The notes beneath the pieces are model-generated. The model had not been told where the DNA came from and did not search any database. It worked only from the letters and a program-made list of their open reading frames with translations. 64,000 nt of DNA, from assembly GCA_963830915.1 (NCBI GenBank), contig CAWHOE010000051.1, forward strand, positions 1 through 64,000, in the 5' to 3' direction. The stretch comes from a candidate division FCPU426 bacterium. GTDB lineage: Bacteria > Oederibacteriota > Muellerivitia > Muellerivitales > Muellerivitaceae. A program made the position numbers and the translations under genes. Shown piece by piece: positions 20,838-29,099 of this stretch; the first letter of the stretch is position 1, and the number at the start of each line of letters is the position of its first letter.

Positions 20838-21974
20838 TTATTTATCCAAATGACATGGCCGGGATGGCGCGGCCCCGCCCGAGAGAAAATGAAAATAAAG
20901 GGCCAGAGGCCGGTAAAAGACATGGGCCAGTTTGGTCATGCCGGCCAACAGGACCAATTCCATCGCCATCACCGTGTGGATCAGAAGTACCCAGGAATGG
21001 ATGGGCGCTATCCAGTGAAACCCCACAGCCGCTTCCAGCCAAAATCCCGTGAAGCCCAGGACCCAAAGGAAGATCAGCAACCACCAATCGGACATTAGAC
21101 TGTGTTTTACGGCGGCATCATCCGCCTTCCAACGGCGCCAGATCGCGAAACTTACGCCGGCCATCAGGGCCAGGCCTGAAATGGTCCCCAAAATACGGGC
21201 GGGCCAGTAAAGCTTGGTGCCGAGGATATAAATGAACAGGAAATCGGAGGTGGTGGCGCCCAGAAGACCGAAGAATCCCCCCATGATGGCCAGATGGACG
21301 GCCCAGGGCGAGATCCAACCATAAGGCTCGTCCATGGACGGCTTCTGGCGGTTCATGGTCGCGATCTCCAGGAGCGTGGTTTTGGCGGCCGATAAATGTT
21401 CTTTCAGGGGTTTCTTCCAAAAATCGGGCCGGTCTTTCAGGGCGTTCGCTCCGAAGCGTGCCAGGGACACGATCATGGAAAGTCCCAATAAGGCGAAAAT
21501 GCCCATCCCCAGGAAGTGAATGGAATCATAGGGAACCAGCTTGAAGATCCAATCCGGGAAATCATGATGGGGTTTGCTGGTCAGTAGAAAAATCCCCAGG
21601 AACAGGGCCAGAAGCGCCGTAACGGACAGCCCCAGGACCCAGCTCTTGTACATCAAGGCGGCTAAACCGGTGGGTTCATGCTTGGCCACGGCCCATCGTC
21701 TGAGGGCCCCCATGTATTCTCCCGGGGCGGCCTGGCGGGGGCAGGTTTGGGTGCATTCCCCGCAGTTATAGCAAAGCCACATTTCTTGTTTTGAAAGCAA
21801 TTCGGTCTTCGCCCCCAATTGTCCTAGCCTGATCATTTTGCGCGGGAAGGAGGACTTGTCATCGGAAAGGGGACAGACCGCGCTGCAATTGCCGCAATTG
21901 AAACAGGCGGATATATCGAAGGCTCCATAGGAGCGGATATCCTTGATCAGGCCCGGGTCGACGGAAATGCTCAT
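20838..21974 (-). CDS. HdrC-type 2x[4Fe-4S] domain fused to a NarI-like membrane domain (QmoC-like)
   Basis: CFNCGNCSAVCP and CYNCGECTQTCP; multiple TM helices carrying His (AVHL, LIHT, KLAHVFYR). Confidence 0.85.
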   Translation of the reverse strand: MSISVDPGLIKDIRSYGAFDISACFNCGNCSAVCPLSDDKSSFPRKMIRLGQLGAKTELLSKQEMWLCYNCGECTQTCPRQAAPGEYMGALRRWAVAKHEPTGLAALMYKSWVLGLSVTALLALFLGIFLLTSKPHHDFPDWIFKLVPYDSIHFLGMGIFALLGLSMIVSLARFGANALKDRPDFWKKPLKEHLSAAKTTLLEIATMNRQKPSMDEPYGWISPWAVHLAIMGGFFGLLGATTSDFLFIYILGTKLYWPARILGTISGLALMAGVSFAIWRRWKADDAAVKHSLMSDWWLLIFLWVLGFTGFWLEAAVGFHWIAPIHSWVLLIHTVMAMELVLLAGMTKLAHVFYRPLALYFHFLSGGAAPSRPCHLDK

Positions 21975-22267
21975 GGCTTGTCCTTCTGTTGGATATAACT
22001 GGGGTAGGCCCCGCGTTTGGGTCCGTCCCCGACCTTGCCATATTTGCGAAGGGCCGAGACATACCAAAGAAGCTTACGGGTACCAAGACCCGTGGCCTGG
22101 GCTAATTCAGGGACTGTCAAGGGACCCTGCCCCAGGGCGCTCAGAATGGCCCTTTGAGCTTGGGTTTGATCCTTGGCCTCGTTCAGCAGGGCTTGGGGCG
22201 CGGGTCCCCGCTTTTCCCTGACGGTTTTGAGCTGTTCCTTGATCCGCTCGAAGTTTTTTTCAGTCAT
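21971..22267 (-). CDS. Small winged helix-turn-helix protein
   Basis: ILSALGQGPLTVPELAQATGL...YVSALRKYG; overlaps the next start codon. Confidence 0.75.
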   Translation of the reverse strand: MTEKNFERIKEQLKTVREKRGPAPQALLNEAKDQTQAQRAILSALGQGPLTVPELAQATGLGTRKLLWYVSALRKYGKVGDGPKRGAYPSYIQQKDKP

Positions 22268-22279
22268 GCTCGTTTTCCT

Positions 22280-24094
22280 TTATGCCGACACGATGGCGTC
22301 GGCCATGGCTTCGAACTGGTCCAGCCGCCATCCGGCGATATTGAGCGCCCGGGGCTGGCAGACCGCGACGCAGGCCCCACAGCCTTTGCAAAGAGCGGGA
22401 TTCACGGCCACGACCTGGACGCCTCCGGCGGCCCCCTGCCGGGGAACCAGGCTGAGCGCGCCGGTATAGGAACATTCTTCCAGGCAATGTCCGCAGCCGT
22501 CGCAAAGCTCTTCCTCTAATTCCACCACGAAGGGGTCCAGGCTGATCTCGGCCTGGGAAAGCAATTGGGCCGCCTTGGACGCCGCCGCGCCGGCCGCCGC
22601 GCAGCTTTCGTCCAGCGTCATGGGGGCTTGGCAAGTTCCGGCGAGGAAAATACCGTTGTTGGCTATTTCCACGGGCCTCAGTTTGGGATGGGCTTCCTGA
22701 AGAAACCGGTCCAAACCGACCGGAAGTTTCAGGCTTTCCACCAGGCCCTTAATGTCACGGGGAACGATACCTGTTGAAAGGACCAAAAGGTCCACGGGAA
22801 ATTCGACTTCCTGGTTCCAGGTCAGGACGTCCCGGACTTTCAAGCGGGCCTGATCGCCCGAGTCGATGTATTCGGGCAGGGCCTCGTCGGTATAGCGAAA
22901 AAAGAGGGCGCCTTTTTTGGAAGCCTGCTCGTAATAGGCCTCATGGCCCCTGCCGTAGGTGCGGATATCTTTGTAGCAGTCATATACCTGGGTTTGGGGG
23001 AAACGGTCCATCACCTGGTTGGCGGCATGAAGTGTCGCGGTACAGCAGACACGGGAACAGTAATCATTCACCTTTCCATCGGCTTGGGGAGGATGGACAC
23101 CCTCGGTCTGGCGGCTTCCCACGCAGTGGATGAAGGCCAGATGGTCGATCTCTCGGCCCTTCCATGACAGGACCTTGCCAGGGGGACAGGAAGCCAGTTC
23201 TTTTTGGAATTCCGGAAGGGTGACGACCCGGGGGGAAGACCCGAAACCGAATTCGCCCGGGATGGGCTGGTAGGAGTCGAAACCTGTGGCCAAAACCAAC
23301 GCCCCGGCCCGGACCTTTATGGGCTGACCCCCTTCGACGGCATGAACATTGAAATTGCCAACATAACCTTCCACGAACTGGATGTCGCAACCCAAGTGCA
23401 GGCGGATATCGGTGTTCGCGGCCACGGCCTGGGATAAGGTCCGGGCCAGGGTGACGGCTTCCTCCTCGGTAGGGAAAACCTTGCCCATTTCCAACAGACG
23501 TCCCCCCAGGGTCTTTCCTTTTTCAAAGAGGTCCACGGGCAGGCCCATGCCGGCCAGGGACAGGGCGGCGGTCAGGCCGGCGGCCCCCCCGCCGATAACG
23601 GCCACCCGGTGCTCGGCGTTCACCCGGAGGGCCTGAAGGGGATCCTGACGGGCTATCTTTTCCACTCCCGCCCGGATGAGGGCGAGGGCTTTTCCCGTGG
23701 CGGCGGTTTGATCGTCCTTGTGGACCCAACTCACCTGTTCGCGGATATTGATGTGCTCATAGAGATATGGATTCAGACCGCCCCTTTGAAGTGCCCGGCG
23801 AAAGGTGGTTTCGTGCAGGGCGGGGGAGCAGGCGGCGACTACGACCCGGTTGATCCGATTGGCCTTGATGTTTTCCAAGATCAGGGCTTGGCCTGGGTCC
23901 GAGCACATGAAAGGGTATTCCTTGGCCAGGGCCACATAGGGGTACTCGGTCATCAGCGAGGCCAAGGTCTTGACGTCCACCACATCGCTGATGTTGCCTC
24001 CGCAATGGCAGACATACACGCCTACCCGTACATCCTCGGTGGGTTCGCCTAATTCGCCTAAATGGGAGTGTTCCGGATCGTGGTGGTCGGTCAT
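22280..24094 (-). CDS. hdrA: HdrA-like flavin/Fe-S protein (QmoB-like)
   Basis: VGVYVCHCGGNI, AACSP, NIREQVSW, GGGAAG, HCVGSR, YCSRVCC, C-terminal ferredoxin motifs. Confidence 0.9.
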   Translation of the reverse strand: MTDHHDPEHSHLGELGEPTEDVRVGVYVCHCGGNISDVVDVKTLASLMTEYPYVALAKEYPFMCSDPGQALILENIKANRINRVVVAACSPALHETTFRRALQRGGLNPYLYEHINIREQVSWVHKDDQTAATGKALALIRAGVEKIARQDPLQALRVNAEHRVAVIGGGAAGLTAALSLAGMGLPVDLFEKGKTLGGRLLEMGKVFPTEEEAVTLARTLSQAVAANTDIRLHLGCDIQFVEGYVGNFNVHAVEGGQPIKVRAGALVLATGFDSYQPIPGEFGFGSSPRVVTLPEFQKELASCPPGKVLSWKGREIDHLAFIHCVGSRQTEGVHPPQADGKVNDYCSRVCCTATLHAANQVMDRFPQTQVYDCYKDIRTYGRGHEAYYEQASKKGALFFRYTDEALPEYIDSGDQARLKVRDVLTWNQEVEFPVDLLVLSTGIVPRDIKGLVESLKLPVGLDRFLQEAHPKLRPVEIANNGIFLAGTCQAPMTLDESCAAAGAAASKAAQLLSQAEISLDPFVVELEEELCDGCGHCLEECSYTGALSLVPRQGAAGGVQVVAVNPALCKGCGACVAVCQPRALNIAGWRLDQFEAMADAIVSA

Positions 24095-24101
24095 GTTGTC
24101 C

Positions 24102-25409
24102 TCAGGTTTCTTGCTGGTGAAGGTATCGCAAGGCTTCCGTGGCCGCGGAACCGGCGTCCACGATGGAATCCACGATATCCTTGGGGCCGATCGCAGTACC
24201 CGCGGCGAAAACGCCGGGGGTGGTGGTCCGGGCCGGGGCCAATTTGGACTGGGGGCTTTCCAGGAATCCGTCCGGGGCTCGGCGCGCGCCCGCGAAATTT
24301 TCCAGGACCGGGTCCGCCCCGGGAAGCATTCCCAAGGAGAGGACGACCAGATCGTGTTTCACTTCCTCGGGAAGGGCGTTGCTTTCCTGCCGCTCGATGC
24401 GCACGACCGGATTGTTCTGGGCGTCTTCGGTGATCCGGGCCACTTTGGCTTTCACGAAATTGATCCCCATGGAACGGGCGCTGGTCACGAATTGCTCGTA
24501 CCCTTTTCCGAAGGCCCGGATATCCATGTAGTAAATGGTGATGTCGGCGGTGGGAAGGGAACCGGAAAGAAGCATGGCCTGCTTGACGGCGTACATGCAG
24601 CAGACACGGGAGCAGTAGGGGACGCCCAGGCTTTGGTCCCGGCTTCCCGCGCATTGCACGTAGGCGATGCTGTCGGGGATCTTGCCGTCCGAGGGACGCA
24701 AAACCCGCCCGTAGGGCCCGTGGGGGGCCAGGAGCCGTTCGGCTTGCATGGGGGAGATCACGTTGGGCAACAGCGCCTTGCCGTACTGGGGTTTGGCGTC
24801 CATGGGCGTCAATTGGTGTCCCGTGGCCAGGATGACGGATCCGGCTTCCACCAAGGTCTCTTGGTCTTCATGGAGAAAATCGATACAGTCCGTGGGACAG
24901 GCCCTGGCGCAGGCGCCGCAAAGGATACAGTTGTCCATATCCAGGACGGCGTACTGGGGAATGGCGTTGGTGAAGGGGATGCGGATGGCTTTGCGCGCCC
25001 CCAGGCCGTGTTCGTACTCGTCGGAGACCAGCACCGGGCAAACCTCCTCGCACCGTCTGCAACCGATGCAGGCGTCCTCGTGGACGTACCGGGCCTTTTG
25101 CCTCAAGACGCCTTTGAACGAGGGGCCGTCCTGATGAAGGTCCTTCAACTCCGCGTAGGTCCAGGTGGTGATATTAGGATGGTGGGCGACGGAAGCCATG
25201 CGCGGGGTGGTGATACAGCTGGCGCAATCCAGGGTGGGGAAAACCTTGCTCAAGTTGATCATGCGTCCGCCGATGCTCGGCTGTTTTTCCACCAGGATCA
25301 CTTTTTTCCCTTGGTCAGCGACATCCAAGGCGGCCTGGAGGCCGGCAATGCCTCCGCCCACAACGAGAACGTCACACCGGATGGGAACTGTTTCGACCGC
25401 GCTTGACAT
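24102..25409 (-). CDS. hdrA: HdrA-like FAD/Fe-S protein (QmoA-like, with an inserted ferredoxin)
   Basis: GGGIAG, KVFPTLDCASC, CIGCRRCEEVCP, CILCGACARACP, QCAGSRD, YCSRVCCMY, GPKDI. Confidence 0.9.
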   Translation of the reverse strand: MSSAVETVPIRCDVLVVGGGIAGLQAALDVADQGKKVILVEKQPSIGGRMINLSKVFPTLDCASCITTPRMASVAHHPNITTWTYAELKDLHQDGPSFKGVLRQKARYVHEDACIGCRRCEEVCPVLVSDEYEHGLGARKAIRIPFTNAIPQYAVLDMDNCILCGACARACPTDCIDFLHEDQETLVEAGSVILATGHQLTPMDAKPQYGKALLPNVISPMQAERLLAPHGPYGRVLRPSDGKIPDSIAYVQCAGSRDQSLGVPYCSRVCCMYAVKQAMLLSGSLPTADITIYYMDIRAFGKGYEQFVTSARSMGINFVKAKVARITEDAQNNPVVRIERQESNALPEEVKHDLVVLSLGMLPGADPVLENFAGARRAPDGFLESPQSKLAPARTTTPGVFAAGTAIGPKDIVDSIVDAGSAATEALRYLHQQET

Positions 25410-25421
25410 AAGGCTTCCTTC

Positions 25422-25670
25422 CTATTTTTTCCTGATCAAGTACAAGCTGTCGTATCCGTCCTGTTCCTTGTGACCTAGGTATTCATGCCCCATTTTGGCG
25501 CACCAGGCGGGGATATCCTCCCGGCTTCCCTTGTCGCCGGACATGATCTCCAAGATCTTCCCGACCTGGACCGTGCCGATGGCTTTCTTGGCTTCCAACA
25601 AGGGTCCCGGGCAAGCCATGGAACGGGCGTCCACCTGTTTGTCGGATTTGATCTGAGAAAGGTCTGCCAT
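25422..25670 (-). CDS. tusA: TusA/SirA family sulfur carrier
   Basis: VDARSMACPGP, DIPAWC. Confidence 0.92.
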   Translation of the reverse strand: MADLSQIKSDKQVDARSMACPGPLLEAKKAIGTVQVGKILEIMSGDKGSREDIPAWCAKMGHEYLGHKEQDGYDSLYLIRKK

Positions 25671-25700
25671 TTCGAGCCTCCTGATTGAAATTTTAAAAAA

Positions 25701-26006
25701 TTAATTGATCTTGAGCGCCGGACAATAAAGCTGCTTGAAACGGGCGACCAGGTGCCGGACCCGGATATCCTGGATGGAGTAATAAACACGGTTGTGCACC
25801 TTGCGTTGCCGCAAAAGGCCCTTACTGGAAAGGACACCCAGATGCTGGGATAGATTTCCTTTGGTACTTCCCAGTTCTTTCAGCAATTCCTGGACGTAAT
25901 GCTCCCTTTTCAACAGGAGACAGACGATCAGGAGCCGGGTGGGATGGGCCAAACAGGCCAAAATGTCCGCTCCTTGCTGGGCGTGGTCCCTTTGTTCTTT
26001 CCTCAT
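25701..26006 (-). CDS. ArsR family repressor, BigR/SqrR-like persulfide sensor
   Basis: LAHPTRLLIVCLL...NLSQHL...LYC, i.e. a Cys in helix 2 and a Cys in the C-terminal helix. Confidence 0.85.
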   Translation of the reverse strand: MRKEQRDHAQQGADILACLAHPTRLLIVCLLLKREHYVQELLKELGSTKGNLSQHLGVLSSKGLLRQRKVHNRVYYSIQDIRVRHLVARFKQLYCPALKIN

Positions 26007-26446
26007 GTGGGGGCCCCGGTCGATCGAACGGCTTTTTCCATCTCGGTGATCTCCTTCAAGAACGCGGACCGGCAGACCGTGCAGATGGTGGTGAGTTTGA
26101 GGCGGTTCGTTGGTATCCCCAGACCCTTCATGCGCTGGTAGACGCGGGCGACGCGGGCGGACAGACGCGCGTAGGCGCCCTCGTAGGGACAATCCGATCC
26201 GCTGGACATCACGATGATGCCGGCGAAACCCTTTTCGAAACATCGAAGGTAGAAATCGTCGGGGAACATCACCGGGTCGGGAACCCGGAAGATATAAGTG
26301 TTGGGGGAGTACTGCAGGCGCGCCTGACCGACCGCGTTGGCGCCGGGATAGGAACTGGCCAGGGTGGTCAATATCAATATCTTGGGGATCCCTTTATCGA
26401 TCTCCCGGAGTTTGGCCGGGTCCACTACCGCCGCCGCGCCTGCCAT
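26003..26446 (-). CDS. MvhD/FlpD-like hydrogenase iron-sulfur subunit, atypical
   Basis: SYPGANAVGQARLQY, IFRVP, GSDCPY, GIPTNRL. Confidence 0.8.
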   Translation of the reverse strand: MAGAAAVVDPAKLREIDKGIPKILILTTLASSYPGANAVGQARLQYSPNTYIFRVPDPVMFPDDFYLRCFEKGFAGIIVMSSGSDCPYEGAYARLSARVARVYQRMKGLGIPTNRLKLTTICTVCRSAFLKEITEMEKAVRSTGAPT

Positions 26447-26577
26447 GGATGCGCCTTCTTTTATAGGTTTAGTATTTACTATACAACTAAACCACATGAA
26501 GTGTTTTTGCTTTATGATTTAGATCACATTGAAAAGCGGGGCGGGGTGGGAGGCTTGGAAAAAGGGGGGGCACCCCC

Positions 26578-26606
26578 TTGATTATTTCGGGCATATGTTC
26601 ATTATA
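26578..26606 (+). promoter_or_regulatory. Second copy of the GCATATGTTC operator/promoter motif
   Basis: TTGATTATTtcggGCATATGTTCATtATA matches the reverse complement of ~20153-20181. Confidence 0.6.
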
Positions 26607-26639
26607 GTGCCAGGGTAAGCCGCGTGGATTGGGCGGGAG

Positions 26640-26945
26640 CTACTTTCGTTTGGGGCCTGTTTTTTTGATCTCTTCCCGGATCTGCAGGGCGCAGCCATTC
26701 ACCAGGGCGAAGGCGACTTTTTTCCGGGCCGATCCCAGGATGCGCCCGAAAGTCGGGCGGGAGACGCCCATCTTTTTCGCCGCCTTCTCGTGATAGAGGC
26801 CCTCGCAATCGGCGAGGCGGAGGGATTCCATTTCGTCGGCCTCCAAATGGATCTCCACCAACTCGCTCATGGGGATGCCGCGGGGTTTGAAGTAATTCGA
26901 GTCGGGGCGGCATTCGATACGGCGGGGGCAGCGTGGTCTGGGCAT
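26640..26945 (-). CDS. DUF134 (UPF0251) DNA-binding protein
   Basis: MPRPRCPRRI, FKPRG, EMESLRLAD, MGVSRPTFGRIL, ARKKVA. Confidence 0.92.
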   Translation of the reverse strand: MPRPRCPRRIECRPDSNYFKPRGIPMSELVEIHLEADEMESLRLADCEGLYHEKAAKKMGVSRPTFGRILGSARKKVAFALVNGCALQIREEIKKTGPKRK

Positions 26946-27083
26946 TTTTTCCTCCGGCGCCTATCATAAGCCTAGGGTGAAAAATCGCAAGAGACGGTTT
27001 GGGACAAGTCTGGAATGGGGCGTTAGGGCCAAGGCGCTTGAGACCGGAAGCTGCCGGGACGATATTTCGTAAAAGGATGGAAA

Positions 27084-27722
27084 ATGGAATTAAGGGACTT
27101 TAATAAAGAAGCGGCTCAATGGGACGAGAATCCGGGGAGGGTGAGGCTTGCCCAAGACGTGGGCCGATCCTTATTGGACGCTGTCACCTTCGGGCCCCAG
27201 ATGGACGTTCTTGATTTCGGATGCGGGACGGGTCTCATTACCCTTCAAATCCAACCCCTGGTTCGGTCGGTCACATCCGTCGATACCTCTCAAGGAATGT
27301 TGGATGTCCTTAACGCCAAGGTCCAGAAACAAGGCGTCACCAACGTGAAGACCCGGTTGTTGGACATGGATAAGGACGGGGCGCTGGAAGGCCATTTCCA
27401 CGCCATCGTCAGCAGTATGACCCTGCATCATGTGCCTGATACGGCTTCTCTTATCTCGAGGTTTTTTGACCATTTGGAACCGGGAGGGGTGTTGGCCCTG
27501 GCCGACCTTGACCCGGATAAGGGATTGTTCCATGAGGACAATACGGGGGTGTTCCATCAAGGCTTTGATAGAAAGGCTCTGGCGGAGCTTTACCGGCAGG
27601 CTGGGTTCGAGAAGATACAGGATTGGACCGCCGCCAAGGTCGTCAAAAAAACGCCACAGGGAACGACCAATACTTTCACGGTCTTTCTGGTAGCGGGTTG
27701 GAAAAAAGGGTTTAAATTGTAA
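27084..27722 (+). CDS. Class I SAM-dependent methyltransferase
   Basis: VLDFGCGTG, SSMTLHH, LEPGG. Confidence 0.92.
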   Translation: MELRDFNKEAAQWDENPGRVRLAQDVGRSLLDAVTFGPQMDVLDFGCGTGLITLQIQPLVRSVTSVDTSQGMLDVLNAKVQKQGVTNVKTRLLDMDKDGALEGHFHAIVSSMTLHHVPDTASLISRFFDHLEPGGVLALADLDPDKGLFHEDNTGVFHQGFDRKALAELYRQAGFEKIQDWTAAKVVKKTPQGTTNTFTVFLVAGWKKGFKL

Positions 27723-27737
27723 ACGGGAGTACGAAGC

Positions 27738-28472
27738 ATGGGGTTGATCCGCAAAAAACTTCTCAATAGCTGGTTATATTTGGTTCTGGCGATCATGGCG
27801 CAGGGATGGCGGGCTGACGCCTCTCCTTCACCCCGACTCGATTCACAAGGCACCATCTTCATCCGCGAAAAAATAGCGGGTGTTGAAAAGTTCAAGGATG
27901 CCATTCGCGAATTAAGCCAGAATTTCAAAGCCAATGGTTTTTTGGCCTATAGCCTCCACCGGGACCTGAAAAAGCCGGACTATCTTATCCTGACCCTTCA
28001 ATGCTCCAACTTAGGTCGGGGTGTGACATTCTTGAGATCAAAACTTTATAAAAGCGCCATGGAAAAAGTTGGCGTGATGGACCGGGTCCAATGGGCGGGA
28101 GTGGATGTCACCCCTCGTCAATATGGGGAACTTCCTCCCCCGCCTGCGGGCATCGTCATCGCCCGGAACGACCTGAAATCATATGATTATTGGAAGACGT
28201 TCTTCGATGCCGAACACAATCCTTCTCATGGCGGGAAAAACCCAAACAAGGGGGAGGGCTACCACGCGGAACGACATTATCTGGCCAGCCATTTCAGCAT
28301 CCATCGTGGATTGGGAAAACCGGACACGGTTTACGTGGCGCACGAAGCCTCCGATATTTCCAAGGCGCCGGAATTCATGACCTCGCCACCGATGGAAACC
28401 ATGAAAGGTCCGCTGGGAATAACCCGTTTTACCGTTTGGTATGGGATCAATATTGAGCAAGGAGTATTTTAA
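27738..28472 (+). CDS. Hypothetical exported protein
   Basis: 244-aa ORF with a signal-peptide-like N-terminus. Confidence 0.65.
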   Translation: MGLIRKKLLNSWLYLVLAIMAQGWRADASPSPRLDSQGTIFIREKIAGVEKFKDAIRELSQNFKANGFLAYSLHRDLKKPDYLILTLQCSNLGRGVTFLRSKLYKSAMEKVGVMDRVQWAGVDVTPRQYGELPPPPAGIVIARNDLKSYDYWKTFFDAEHNPSHGGKNPNKGEGYHAERHYLASHFSIHRGLGKPDTVYVAHEASDISKAPEFMTSPPMETMKGPLGITRFTVWYGINIEQGVF

Positions 28473-28510
28473 ATTGCGCGGGATGTCTTTCAGAAGCGCG
28501 AAAAGAGTTA

Positions 28511-28668
28511 TTTCATCAAGGTTTAAAACGAAAAGTTTTGCTGAACTTTACCGGCAGGCTGGGTTCGAGAAGATACAGGATTGGACCGCCGCCAAGGTCG
28601 TGAAAAAAACGCCCCAGGGAACGACCTATGCTTTTACGATCTTTCTTGTGGCGGGTTATAAAAAATAA
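28511..28668 (+). pseudogene. Duplicated 3' fragment of the methyltransferase gene
   Basis: 28546-28601 is identical to 27588-27643 (56 nt), with diverged flanks. Confidence 0.85.
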
Positions 28669-28691
28669 ATCATTCTAAAGGGAGCGCTCAT

Positions 28692-29063
28692 ATGGCAGAC
28701 ATTCTTTCGATGTTCAAAAGCATGCTTGGTCTGGGATCGTCCGATCCTACGGCGGAAATATCCCCCCAAGAAGCCTTTCAGCGCTTAAAAGCGGGCAAGA
28801 CGATCCAATTGGTGGATGTGAGAAGCCCGGAAGAAAACCGGCAGATGAGGATCGCAGGGTCAAAACTCATCCCGCTTAATGAATTGGGAAGCCGCATGAA
28901 GGAAATAGACAAGATCAAACCTGTCCTTCTTTATTGCCATAGTGGGAACCGAAGCGGCATGGCCTTGCGGATGCTGAAAGGCCAGGGGTATACCCAGGCC
29001 GCCCATATCGTCGGGGGCATCTCGGCCTGGAGCCGGAGCGGTTTTCCGGTCGAAACAAAATAA
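28692..29063 (+). CDS. Rhodanese-like sulfurtransferase
   Basis: LVDVRSPEE, YCHSGNRS, GGISAW. Confidence 0.92.
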   Translation: MADILSMFKSMLGLGSSDPTAEISPQEAFQRLKAGKTIQLVDVRSPEENRQMRIAGSKLIPLNELGSRMKEIDKIKPVLLYCHSGNRSGMALRMLKGQGYTQAAHIVGGISAWSRSGFPVETK

Positions 29064-29099
29064 CTTGGATCGTGTAACTTCGGAAAGAAAGCGTGGAAT

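Noticed and set aside
23970..25406. Long 478-aa plus-strand ORF, and similar antisense ORFs over the porin, sbp and CoADR genes
   Set aside because: These are shadow ORFs opposite well-supported GC-rich genes and carry no motifs.
20838..25409. Evidence for dissimilatory sulfate reduction or methanogenesis
   Set aside because: No aprAB, sat, dsrAB, hdrB or mcr is in the window; HdrA-like genes are widespread.
20230..26446. Selenocysteine recoding in the Hdr/MvhD genes
   Set aside because: The ORFs are continuous, with no in-frame TGA at Cys-equivalent positions.
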